35,939 nucleotides of DNA from a virus. Taxonomy: Duplodnaviria > Caudoviricetes. Numbering within the stretch: position 1 is the first letter of the stretch; each line of letters opens with the position of its first letter. Below are positions 27,422 to 35,939 of the stretch, in pieces. The notes under the pieces are model-generated. The model worked only from the letters and a program-made list of their open reading frames with translations, did not search any database and had not been told where the DNA came from. The stretch is taken from the IMG/VR virus record IMGVR_UViG_3300032103_000103, positions 1 through 35,939 of that record; one strand, written 5' to 3'. Both the position numbers and the translations under genes were made by a program.

Positions 27422-30367
27422 TTATGTGTTCATCACTGGCGGTAAGTCTCTTGACGTTTCAACGTCTCTTCGTATATTTCCCACTTGGTCGGTATCGACC
27501 TTAGGTTGCTGCATTGTGTCAACTGGCCCTAACGGAATTTGTCGTATAGGTAGGGCAGTTGGCATATTGCCGGTTATGTTTGCAAGAGAAAGCCCACCAA
27601 CGTCTACAAAGTTATCATTGCTGCTACCAGATGCTGCTTTTGCTACCATATCGTTTACATTAGTGTTAATAACCGAAGCAGATGTTGCCTTTATTCCAAA
27701 ATCCAACGAGATCTCATCTTGCAAGAATTTCCAATGGGTCGCTCCGCTGTCATTGCGGCCGCCCGATGGCGCTTCTGTTGTTTGGTCTTGTTCTCGCGTA
27801 CTTTCAAAATTAACCTGCCCTGGCATCCTAATCAACTTCAGTGTTTGTTCAAACCTTCCGCGACTAAACTGACTCGTAACCTGGATAACTGCATAGATGC
27901 CGCTAAATGCATTTGGTCTCGGGTCGAGTCGCATTACGCCAGTTGATTCATCATAATCAGTCAATGAATTAAAAGTAAGTGAGACGAAGATTTGTCCCAA
28001 ATCAGTAAGGATCCCGCCCGTTTCTTTGTCAAACGGAAAATTAGGATCGAGTTCTAAATACTTAGTAACAGGATAGTATAGCGAGTCTTGTTTAATAAAC
28101 GAAGGGTCACCTAATATTCTGGCTTCAACAGATAACATGTCTGCGTTATGCATTGATGTCAGCATCGTTCTAGTCATGTCGTCTACTTTAATCTGAATGG
28201 AATCTTTATTAGGCGACGTCAAGCCAGTGCCGTCTGTCCTTTTAAAAACAACGGGGTTAACAGACAAAACATTAACTTTTTCTGCCTCTCTTAATCCCTC
28301 GTCGGCACTACTATCGTCAACACTAAGATCGGTTGGTTTATTTTTAATACTTTCCGATTCAATTCGACTAGGATTAGGTGTAAGGTTAATATAGTAAGAT
28401 GTGTTGAGCTGAATATCCCACGATAGAATATCCTTGTTTTTTCCGGTGAAATAAAACTGATAGTCTCGCACTGTATACTTTTTATCGGGGATGCCTTGTG
28501 GTGCATACGGGTACTTCTTATTCCACTGTTGATACTTTGAAATATGATAGATAGTTTTCGTAGCATACGTGACGCCATTAACACCTATAAGCTCAGTTGA
28601 TGTTGTGACACGATACCACTTTATCGGTTGATTGTTCTTTAATAGCTCAGCCAAGACCTTCTTATCATTTGTTGCGGCTTCATTGATAATAGATCTTGCG
28701 TACTCGGAATGGTTAAGCACTTGACTAATGATTGCCAAGATCGAGGTTCCGGCATTAACTGGATAAAGTGTTGCAGTTGCGTCTGGTTGTTTTAAAGTCC
28801 CAGACAGCGGATCAAACACGATACTATCGGCTCTTAGTTCTTTAGGGACAACGATGGCAGACGATTCGATCTCCGGATCAAACACAAACTCTATCTCATT
28901 GGGTATCATGTTTGATGCCTGTGCAACCCGTCTGTTCCAATCATTAATTGCATTTGTGAAACTAGTTACAACATATCGGGGCTTGGGGGTTGCTTTCGTG
29001 TCGCCGTCGGCGGTTTTCCTACCGTCGGGTACGTTAGTTTCTTTGGTTTCCCGTTGGTTATCTTGCACTGCCCGATCAACGGCTGTTCTATCTAGAATGT
29101 TACCGGTTATACCAAAGAAATCTTTAACTGTAGCGGCAGACACGCCCAAATTAACCGGAACCGTTCCTAGGGTTTGGTTTAACCCAGCATCACTTGCCGC
29201 AACCGCAGATACTTTATACTCAGTGCCACGGTGGCTAGTCGAAATGTCAACAGACGTAATAACAATAGGAATGAATTTTCTTAGAAGAGGAATAGACGTA
29301 GGCGACGGAATACCTTCATCATCATAGCCAAAGAAATCAATCTGTATTAAGTATCTAGCACCAACATAGCTAACACCGTATTCATGCGCAGCGTAGGTTA
29401 ATCTACTTAGAAAAGATAAACCAAACGGCTCAGCAACTGTAAAATTAATTGTAGTAACGTTGCTGTTGTTGGTAAAGCTACCGGCACCAATGACTGATTC
29501 TAATTCTAGATTCTCGATGAAAAAGTTAGTATCTGCAAAGTATTCGTTTCTGTGATCACCAAACCGACCAGCCGAAGCAATTAAAACATTTTTAGTGGGC
29601 TTATACCCCTCTGAAACTGCGAGGTTATTGTATTGTTCTTGCGATAGGATGTGCAACGAAACGCCATATGCATAAGATGCTAGATCGTGTAGGGGATTTG
29701 ATTTAAATTGCGCATAAAATTCTGCTGTTTGGCGGCGAGCGTTCTCGTTTGACTCAGCGCCGAGGTTTTGTTCTCCTTGTCGTTGTTGTTCACTAGTGAC
29801 GCCAACGAGATCACCGGGGCCAGAGCCACCGCCCGGAAACTGTCTAGCTGCTTCTCGTCCTGCTAGCATCGGTGACCCATCAACTGCTGACTTACCCATA
29901 GAAAAGTAGGAACTGCTCGTAGTTTTATTTGCGTCAGCTTTAATAATACCTTGTGCTAGGCTTTCTGCTCCGCCAGACCCAACTAAATGAGATGCTGCAA
30001 CATAGCCACCAACAGCACCAGGGGGTGTTCCAGGACGGATAACACCTTTGTCTTCTAACCTCGATACATTAATATTTGCGTATCGGATAAACGATTGATC
30101 TTGTAACGCTTTGTTTTGCAGAAACGCCTCTTTACCGCCTGGGATCGTCCAGTTGTTTGGATTGTTAAGTGCAGAGTTTCCTTGTGCGCCCACTCCCTTT
30201 TTAACTAACCCTAAATCCTCTAATGCCAAGGCACCAAATTGATAACCACCAATAAAACCAAACTGATTACCAGGATGTCGATAGTTACCACTACTTTCCC
30301 TCATCAACACCGTCTGTTGAAGGTTCGTAGTCTGTTCGAGAGTTAAATGCTTAATCGAAGTTGACAT
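27422..30367 (-). CDS. Baseplate hub-like protein (gp27-like by position and motifs) with N-terminal lysozyme-fold/transglycosylase domain, 981 aa
   Basis: N-terminal RESSGNY...FIGGYQFG...QD...AASHLVGSGG. C-terminal ILGDP...FSGIYAVIQVTSQFSRGRFEQTLKLIR. Directly upstream of the spike gene. Confidence 0.7.
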   Translation of the reverse strand: MSTSIKHLTLEQTTNLQQTVLMRESSGNYRHPGNQFGFIGGYQFGALALEDLGLVKKGVGAQGNSALNNPNNWTIPGGKEAFLQNKALQDQSFIRYANINVSRLEDKGVIRPGTPPGAVGGYVAASHLVGSGGAESLAQGIIKADANKTTSSSYFSMGKSAVDGSPMLAGREAARQFPGGGSGPGDLVGVTSEQQRQGEQNLGAESNENARRQTAEFYAQFKSNPLHDLASYAYGVSLHILSQEQYNNLAVSEGYKPTKNVLIASAGRFGDHRNEYFADTNFFIENLELESVIGAGSFTNNSNVTTINFTVAEPFGLSFLSRLTYAAHEYGVSYVGARYLIQIDFFGYDDEGIPSPTSIPLLRKFIPIVITSVDISTSHRGTEYKVSAVAASDAGLNQTLGTVPVNLGVSAATVKDFFGITGNILDRTAVDRAVQDNQRETKETNVPDGRKTADGDTKATPKPRYVVTSFTNAINDWNRRVAQASNMIPNEIEFVFDPEIESSAIVVPKELRADSIVFDPLSGTLKQPDATATLYPVNAGTSILAIISQVLNHSEYARSIINEAATNDKKVLAELLKNNQPIKWYRVTTSTELIGVNGVTYATKTIYHISKYQQWNKKYPYAPQGIPDKKYTVRDYQFYFTGKNKDILSWDIQLNTSYYINLTPNPSRIESESIKNKPTDLSVDDSSADEGLREAEKVNVLSVNPVVFKRTDGTGLTSPNKDSIQIKVDDMTRTMLTSMHNADMLSVEARILGDPSFIKQDSLYYPVTKYLELDPNFPFDKETGGILTDLGQIFVSLTFNSLTDYDESTGVMRLDPRPNAFSGIYAVIQVTSQFSRGRFEQTLKLIRMPGQVNFESTREQDQTTEAPSGGRNDSGATHWKFLQDEISLDFGIKATSASVINTNVNDMVAKAASGSSNDNFVDVGGLSLANITGNMPTALPIRQIPLGPVDTMQQPKVDTDQVGNIRRDVETSRDLPPVMNT

Positions 30368-30372
30368 GAAGT

Positions 30373-30672
30373 TTAGAGACCTAAGTCAGAAAATAGTGCT
30401 TCTTTTTTTGGGAGAAAAATACTAACCCCTGCTTTAAAGTCCATAGTTGGATCTTCAATTGTATCGGGGTTCCGGGCAGCAAACACCCACCATAGTTTAG
30501 GTGTCCCGTAAAGGTCAAATGCCAATAAGTCTGGTCGCTGGTCGTATATCTTATCAATAATATAAATTTTGTCGTCGGGAGACTTAGATATCGAACGATT
30601 CGCCATGACATCTAACGCATTACTGTGTAGTTTGGTCCCGTGATAAGGGCTAGTCTGAGTGTAACCACTCAT
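30373..30672 (-). CDS. gp53: Baseplate wedge protein, gp53/LysM-like
   Basis: RPDLLAFDLYGTPKLWWVFAARN motif. Confidence 0.8.
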   Translation of the reverse strand: MSGYTQTSPYHGTKLHSNALDVMANRSISKSPDDKIYIIDKIYDQRPDLLAFDLYGTPKLWWVFAARNPDTIEDPTMDFKAGVSIFLPKKEALFSDLGL

Positions 30673-31856
30673 AACATGCCCTTTCTATTAGACAACATAT
30701 CGCCGTTGCCAAATTGATGAATATTGAAATCATTATAAATTTTATTTCGACTATAGACAGGTTGCATCATTACCTCAATTGAGCTGTGTGTTGGTAGAAA
30801 AACCCGGCCACCATCGCTTAGGTTAACCTCGAGATAGTCGACATCGTTCGACAGGCTGTGTTTGAACTGCGTCACAACACAAGGAACATGCGGCAAATAA
30901 TAATATCCATAGCCGTCAACAAACACCAAAGGGGGTGGATTACCAGAGGCCGGCGTAGTATCATCTTTACCATAGAACATCTTTGTCACTGTCCTAAAGA
31001 ATTGAATAACAGCAAACAAGTATCGACCCTCGTGTTGGTTTTGAACTGTGAAATCGCCTACAATCCTAAGGTCGGTGATTTCGGAATTGTCATACGCATA
31101 CGTTGCGTAATTACTATGTGTTAGCTTTTGTTGTGAGTAGTTGGCTCTATACATAACATCGACAACAGGAAGATAAGGAAAAAGAACACCACCAGTTGCA
31201 TGAAGTGGCCCCAACACACTAACATCAACTCCGCCTGCATTTGTGATTGCTTCCATGATGTTGGTTTCGGCTGGAATCGAAACACGAACTCTCCAGTCTT
31301 TACTCGAGCGATCTGCGTCGCCCATTGTGCTAGATCCGGCGTCTAGCAAGCTTACGCCGGGGTTTAAGTTTTTAATTGCACTACTTTCTAGGCCGGCTGC
31401 TGTTTTTCGTGTAGTAGACGGATTGAAGACTGAGCTAACCCTATCTTTGATACTACTTACTGTGTTTCCGATTGAACCTTTAATGTTATTGGCGATTCCG
31501 CCGAGGCCGCTGCCAACAACAGAGCCGTCGCCACCTAGTGCTCCGGAGACTTGACTAACCGAGCCACCGAGAATGCTACTCGCAGCAGTCCCAGGGTTAG
31601 GAACACCCATTGGTAAACTAGTTAAGTCCTGGGTTGCAATGTAGTTTGCAGATGCTGATGCCGATGGGGCATTTCTGAAGCGATCGATCGTTCCGGAAAT
31701 GCTTTGTTGGAGTTTTCCGCCTGGCGCATAGAATGATTGCATTTGTGATGCACCCGACGAAATGTTGCCCGGTAAGGCTCTCATGTCAGCATTGAACTTT
31801 TCGCGCTGGGCATCAGTAAGTTTTATATTCGGAAAAAAATTGCTATTGATTGCCAT
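30669..31856 (-). CDS. Putative baseplate tail-tube initiator/cap protein (gp48/gp54-like) with low-complexity N-terminal half
   Basis: C-terminal tube-fold-like pattern (LFPYLP...GDFTVQN...PPPLVFVDGYG...VPCVVTQF...LPT). First gene of the baseplate operon, with ATGA overlap to gp53-like. Confidence 0.6.
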   Translation of the reverse strand: MAINSNFFPNIKLTDAQREKFNADMRALPGNISSGASQMQSFYAPGGKLQQSISGTIDRFRNAPSASASANYIATQDLTSLPMGVPNPGTAASSILGGSVSQVSGALGGDGSVVGSGLGGIANNIKGSIGNTVSSIKDRVSSVFNPSTTRKTAAGLESSAIKNLNPGVSLLDAGSSTMGDADRSSKDWRVRVSIPAETNIMEAITNAGGVDVSVLGPLHATGGVLFPYLPVVDVMYRANYSQQKLTHSNYATYAYDNSEITDLRIVGDFTVQNQHEGRYLFAVIQFFRTVTKMFYGKDDTTPASGNPPPLVFVDGYGYYYLPHVPCVVTQFKHSLSNDVDYLEVNLSDGGRVFLPTHSSIEVMMQPVYSRNKIYNDFNIHQFGNGDMLSNRKGML

Positions 31857-31875
31857 TAAGATTTGTCCTCTACAT

Positions 31876-31883
31876 TATTTACC
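31876..31883 (-). promoter_or_regulatory. Late promoter GGTAAATA heading the baseplate operon
   Basis: Minus strand GGTAAATAatgtaGAGGAcaaatcttaATG. Confidence 0.8.
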
Positions 31884-31915
31884 GCGGGAATTTTGCGGTC
31901 TGACTTAAAGATTCT

Positions 31916-31944
31916 TTGCATTTTGTATTAAGATCAACTATTAT
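31916..31944 (+). promoter_or_regulatory. Sigma70-type promoter TTGCAT-N17-TATTAT for gp55-47-46
   Basis: -35 at 31916-31921, -10 at 31939-31944. SD GAGGG precedes GTG 31993. Confidence 0.65.
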
Positions 31945-31992
31945 TTAAGACAGTACTGTGGTCATGCCACTACTGCTTAACGAGGGACAACC

Positions 31993-33036
31993 GTGAAAAA
32001 AACAATTAACTATCTAAACAACCGTGATCTAATCAATGAAATTATAAAAAGTAAAAATACCTACTGTTCGTTTGTTAATCCAGCCGACAAGGTGTTCGAT
32101 TTTATCGTTAGCAGTGTTGACGATGTTTTACCTTCTATAGAAGATGCGCGAGTAGCAAGGGCCAAACGGTTGCTATACGAAACCCCAGAAGATAAAACAA
32201 TTGCAGAGAAGGCCAAAGAGATCGAAGATTCAGACATTGTATTTCGTGTGATGGTAAACGATCACATACCAAGGATATATGTTCAAGAAGAGGACACGTT
32301 AACTAAAAAGGCGTCTAAACAGAACAACGGCTCTAAAAAAAATAAAAACCTATTTAACGACTTGTTTTCGATTGCCGACGACTCGTCTGAACAGGGCGCC
32401 GATACCGAAATAAGTTTAGAAATCGATCTAGATTTAGCTGCTGCCGTAAATAACCGACGGCGTGCAGACAAAGACACACCGTTGCCATTAGCCGATGAAT
32501 CTAGTAACGACCCAGCAGACGAATCAACAGATGAAAGTATGTTGGTAGACAACGACGACGACGATGTTGTCGACGATATCGAACTAGACTCAAAACAACT
32601 TCGTGTTAATTTCCCTCCGTTCCAGCATTATCGAACAATTAACAACGAACTAGTGTGCGTGGGGAAAAGTCACTGGAAAGGTAGTTTAGAATCTGGAGAA
32701 TTTTGCCAGGAGCATGGTCGGGTAACAGAAGAGCTAGCCAAAATGTATATGATGCTAGTTTTTAAGTATTCAAGTAGATCAAATTGGCGAAACTACACAT
32801 ATGTCGAAGAGATGAGGTCACACGCATTAACTCACCTTTGTTATGCCGGGCTTAGTTTTAATGAATCAAAATCATCTAACCCGTTTGCTTATCTAACCAT
32901 GTTGGTGCATAATGCATTTTTAAGAGTTTTGTCGGTTGAAAAACGAGTCCAATCGATTAAAGATGATATTTTAGAAATCAACGACATGACACCAAGCTTA
33001 GGACGACAACTGTCTGAGACTAAGATTCGGGATTAA
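31993..33036 (+). CDS. gp55: Late-transcription sigma factor, T4 gp55-like, with a large insertion
   Basis: NYLNNRDL N-terminus, NWRNYTYVEEM and FNESKSSNPFAYLT...NAFLRVL..EKR motifs. T4 gene order 55-47-46. Confidence 0.9.
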   Translation: MKKTINYLNNRDLINEIIKSKNTYCSFVNPADKVFDFIVSSVDDVLPSIEDARVARAKRLLYETPEDKTIAEKAKEIEDSDIVFRVMVNDHIPRIYVQEEDTLTKKASKQNNGSKKNKNLFNDLFSIADDSSEQGADTEISLEIDLDLAAAVNNRRRADKDTPLPLADESSNDPADESTDESMLVDNDDDDVVDDIELDSKQLRVNFPPFQHYRTINNELVCVGKSHWKGSLESGEFCQEHGRVTEELAKMYMMLVFKYSSRSNWRNYTYVEEMRSHALTHLCYAGLSFNESKSSNPFAYLTMLVHNAFLRVLSVEKRVQSIKDDILEINDMTPSLGRQLSETKIRD

Positions 33037-33039
33037 AGA

Positions 33040-34056
33040 ATGGGTCAATTATTCAAAAAAGCAGTAATGTTTACTGATATTCACCTCGGTCTAAAATCGA
33101 ACAGTATTCAACACTTAAACGATTGCTGGGATTTCTTAGAATGGGTTGTAACCGAAGCCAAGAAGGAAGGGTGCGAAACCTGTTTCTTTCTTGGCGACTG
33201 GCACAATCACCGAGCCACGATCAATGTTGTTACGTTAAACTTTTCAGTTCGTTGTATGGAACTGTTGAGTAAGTCGTTTGATCAGGTGTTTTTTATTCCG
33301 GGCAACCACGATCAGTTTTTTAGGGACAAGAGGGACATCCACTCTGCCGAATGGGCTAAACACTTACCGAATGTCAATATTATTAATGATTTTTTTGAAC
33401 AAGACGACGTAAGTATTGTTCCTTGGTTACTCAAAGACGAGCACAAACGAATACAAAAGATTAAATCTCGTTATATGTTTGGTCACTTTGAATTGCCGCA
33501 CTTCTATATGAATGCGTGTATTATGATGCCAGACCACGGCGAGATCCAGAGAGAAGATTTTATGCACATGGAATATGTATTTTCTGGGCACTTTCATAAG
33601 CGACAAACTGGTCAAAATATCACGTACATTGGTAATTGTTTTCCTCACAATTATTCAGATGCAGGCGACGACGAACGAGGCATAGCTTTCTTAAGGTGGG
33701 GAGGTAAGCCAGAATTTAGAACATGGCCAAATCAGCCTCGGTATCGAGTGTATAACTTTTCAGAGATTTTAGAGCATGAAGAGAAGTTACTCGAAAAGAA
33801 CATGTATGTTCGGATTAACCTAGACGTAGAGATTTCATACCAAGAAGCAGCCCACATTAAAGATACCTTTATTAGTAGGTATAGCTTAAGAGAAGTTACA
33901 CTAATACCAAGGGATGAAACCGAGCTAACCGATGCGTTAACTGTTACCGATATGAAATTTGAGTCAGTTGACCAAATCGTACACGATCAGTTAAAGTTAA
34001 TCGAGTCTGACTTTTACGACCCGAAACTTCTGTTAGAAATCTACCGAACAATTTAA
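33040..34056 (+). CDS. gp47: Recombination nuclease subunit (Mre11/SbcD family)
   Basis: Metallophosphoesterase motifs DIH, GDWH, GNHD, GHFE, SGHFH. Confidence 0.95.
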   Translation: MGQLFKKAVMFTDIHLGLKSNSIQHLNDCWDFLEWVVTEAKKEGCETCFFLGDWHNHRATINVVTLNFSVRCMELLSKSFDQVFFIPGNHDQFFRDKRDIHSAEWAKHLPNVNIINDFFEQDDVSIVPWLLKDEHKRIQKIKSRYMFGHFELPHFYMNACIMMPDHGEIQREDFMHMEYVFSGHFHKRQTGQNITYIGNCFPHNYSDAGDDERGIAFLRWGGKPEFRTWPNQPRYRVYNFSEILEHEEKLLEKNMYVRINLDVEISYQEAAHIKDTFISRYSLREVTLIPRDETELTDALTVTDMKFESVDQIVHDQLKLIESDFYDPKLLLEIYRTI

Positions 34057-34069
34057 TTGTGAAACTTGT

Positions 34070-35833
34070 ATGTCTATTAGAATAACTGCAATTACAGCAA
34101 AGAATTTCTTGTCAATTGGTAATGTTGCCCAAGGTGTAAACTTTGACAACAAAGAATTAACACTGGTGTTAGGTGAAAACTTAGACATTGGTGGTGGGGA
34201 AAGCAGGAACGGCGTAGGGAAATCAGCCTTGCTGCACGCAATCAGCTATGCACTCTATGGTGTTGCCTTAGCTGACATTCGAAAAGAAAATTTAATTAAC
34301 AAAACCAACGGTGCTAACATGTTAGTTACAATTGATTTCGAAAAAGATGGTGCTAAGTTTAGAATCGAGCGGGGCCGTAGACCAAACGTTTTTAAGTTTT
34401 GGGTAGGCGGTGTTGATCACACAAACGATAACGATGCGCAAGGCGATAATAAAGAAACGCAGGCCGAGATTAATAGGTTACTTTGTATGTCACACGAAAT
34501 GTTCAAGCACATAGTTGCGTTGAACACGTATACTGAACCGTTTTTGGGACTGACGGCTGCTGGTCAGCGAGAGATTATTGAACAGTTGTTGGGTATCACT
34601 TTGCTTAGCGAAAAGGCCGAGGCACTCAAGGAGGCCGTGAGAAGTACCAAAGAGTTGATACAGGAGGAAGAGTATAAGATTAAGGCTAACCAAGAGGCTA
34701 ACTCTCGCATTAAAGAGCAAATTGCTACTATTAAGCGTAAGGAGGCGATTTGGGCTAAAAGTTACAACGACGAGCTTCAAGAGTTTGTCGATGGTATTAC
34801 TGCCCTTGAGACACTAGACGTTGAGGCTGAATTAAGTGCGCACCAGCAAAACGTTATTGTTAAAGAGAATGCTGCGGCGCTGTTATCTGCAACAACGGCG
34901 CTGTCAAAAGCTGAGTCTGCATTGGCTAAGGATCAGAAGCAAGTTGATAAGTTAGAAAAAGAGCTTGAGTTGTTAAAGGGGCATCGTTGTCACGCCTGTG
35001 GGCAAGAAATACACGACGCAAAGCACGAAGAGTTACTTAGTACAAAAACCGAGTTGTTGAAATCGTTGTTGTCTGATGTGGTTGGATTAGAGAGAGAGGT
35101 GGCCGAGCTTAGTGGTGCGATTTCTGCTCTAGAGAAGCAGGACAGCGGTGGTGAACCGGTTAAGACGTTTTACAAAACCGAAACAGAAGCAATCAAGCAC
35201 CAGTCTGCGTTAGATCGTTTGCAGGCCGAGTACACGAGAGCAAAGCTGTCTACTAATCCATACACTGAGCAAATCGTGGAAATGGAACAGCAGGCGCTAG
35301 TTGAGATTGATTTTTCTACGTTAAATGAACTGTCAAAAGTAAAGGATCACCAAGAGTTCTTGTTAAAACTACTGACTAACAAAGACTCTTTTATTCGGAA
35401 AAGGATCATCGATCAGAACTTGTCATATTTGAACAATAGGTTGTCTTCTTACCTTAGTGCATTAGGACTACCACACCAGGTTCGGTTCCAAAACGACTTA
35501 ACAGTAAGCATCACTGAGCTTGGGCGGGATCTTGACTTCGGCAACATGAGTCGGGGCGAGCGAACACGATTGATTCTTGGTTTAGACTTTGCGTTCCGTG
35601 ATGTTTGGGAGAGCCTCTATCACACGGTTAATTTGTTGTTTGTTGATGAATTAGTTGACTCTGGATTAGATAGCAAGGGAGTCGACGATGCGTTAGCTGT
35701 ATTAAAGAAAATGTCACGGGACGGTGGACGGTCTGTTTGGTTGGTGTCACATCGAGACGAACTAATTAATCGTGTGAACAACATCCTTAAAGTGACCAAA
35801 GTTAATGGTTTTACTACCTATAATGCCGAGTGA
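34070..35833 (+). CDS. gp46: Recombination ATPase subunit (Rad50/SbcC family)
   Basis: Walker A NGVGKS, coiled coil with CHAC zinc hook, signature MSRGE, Walker B LLFVDE, H-loop VSH. Confidence 0.95.
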   Translation: MSIRITAITAKNFLSIGNVAQGVNFDNKELTLVLGENLDIGGGESRNGVGKSALLHAISYALYGVALADIRKENLINKTNGANMLVTIDFEKDGAKFRIERGRRPNVFKFWVGGVDHTNDNDAQGDNKETQAEINRLLCMSHEMFKHIVALNTYTEPFLGLTAAGQREIIEQLLGITLLSEKAEALKEAVRSTKELIQEEEYKIKANQEANSRIKEQIATIKRKEAIWAKSYNDELQEFVDGITALETLDVEAELSAHQQNVIVKENAAALLSATTALSKAESALAKDQKQVDKLEKELELLKGHRCHACGQEIHDAKHEELLSTKTELLKSLLSDVVGLEREVAELSGAISALEKQDSGGEPVKTFYKTETEAIKHQSALDRLQAEYTRAKLSTNPYTEQIVEMEQQALVEIDFSTLNELSKVKDHQEFLLKLLTNKDSFIRKRIIDQNLSYLNNRLSSYLSALGLPHQVRFQNDLTVSITELGRDLDFGNMSRGERTRLILGLDFAFRDVWESLYHTVNLLFVDELVDSGLDSKGVDDALAVLKKMSRDGGRSVWLVSHRDELINRVNNILKVTKVNGFTTYNAE

Positions 35834-35837
35834 AAAC

Positions 35838-35862
35838 TTTTGGCTAAAATTTTTAGCTAAAG
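35838..35862. terminator. AT-rich inverted repeat after gp46; possible terminator
   Basis: GCTAAAA-T-TTTTAGC core, extendable with G-U pairs. Lacks a clear U-tract. Confidence 0.35.
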
Positions 35863-35939
35863 CTTGCGGGCAATGTTGTTTTTGATTTGGTTCTGGTTAC
35901 GTTGAGTGGGTTGATTGGCCTTAGTGGGGTGGTGTTGTG

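Noticed and set aside
25511-31856. Bacterial eCIS/T6SS/tailocin locus
   Set aside because: Linked gp13, gp55, gp47, gp46 and T4-type late promoters indicate a phage genome.
33040-35833. Nuclease plus SMC-like ATPase pair as a novel defence system
   Set aside because: Motifs and the 55-47-46 order identify the ordinary T4-type Mre11/Rad50 recombination complex.
1-35939. Alternative genetic code (stop-codon reassignment)
   Set aside because: Standard-code ORFs tile the window densely, including an intact 11.4-kb ORF, and TAA, TAG and TGA all end genes at sensible boundaries.
35855-35939. 3' end of a convergent minus-strand gene
   Set aside because: Two frames are open over only ~85 nt at the window edge, so no call can be supported.

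Overview
Fragment of a large, T4-related (divergent myovirus-type, probably jumbo) phage genome. Bases 1-31856 form a minus-strand virion morphogenesis region. In transcription order it encodes a tail-tube initiator/cap-like protein, a gp53-like wedge protein, a gp27-like hub with an N-terminal lysozyme-fold domain, a gp5-like spike lacking lysozyme, gp25, gp6, a 3804-aa gp7-like wedge protein with an FG-GAP propeller, a 45-aa microprotein missed by the ORF track, a conserved baseplate-region protein, an S74-chaperone fibre, two sigma70-driven non-structural genes, gp13 neck, two putative head proteins and four fibre-like genes. Bases 31993-35833 are the divergent plus-strand gp55 (late sigma)-gp47-gp46 block. 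The strongest non-coding signal is a late-promoter octamer G[AGC]TAAATA at 10 gene starts. Three copies lie only 4-5 nt from an ATG with no Shine-Dalgarno sequence, implying leaderless late mRNAs. I saw no CRISPR array, tRNA, DGR, intron or defence system. All homology calls come from motif recognition and gene order, not database searches.
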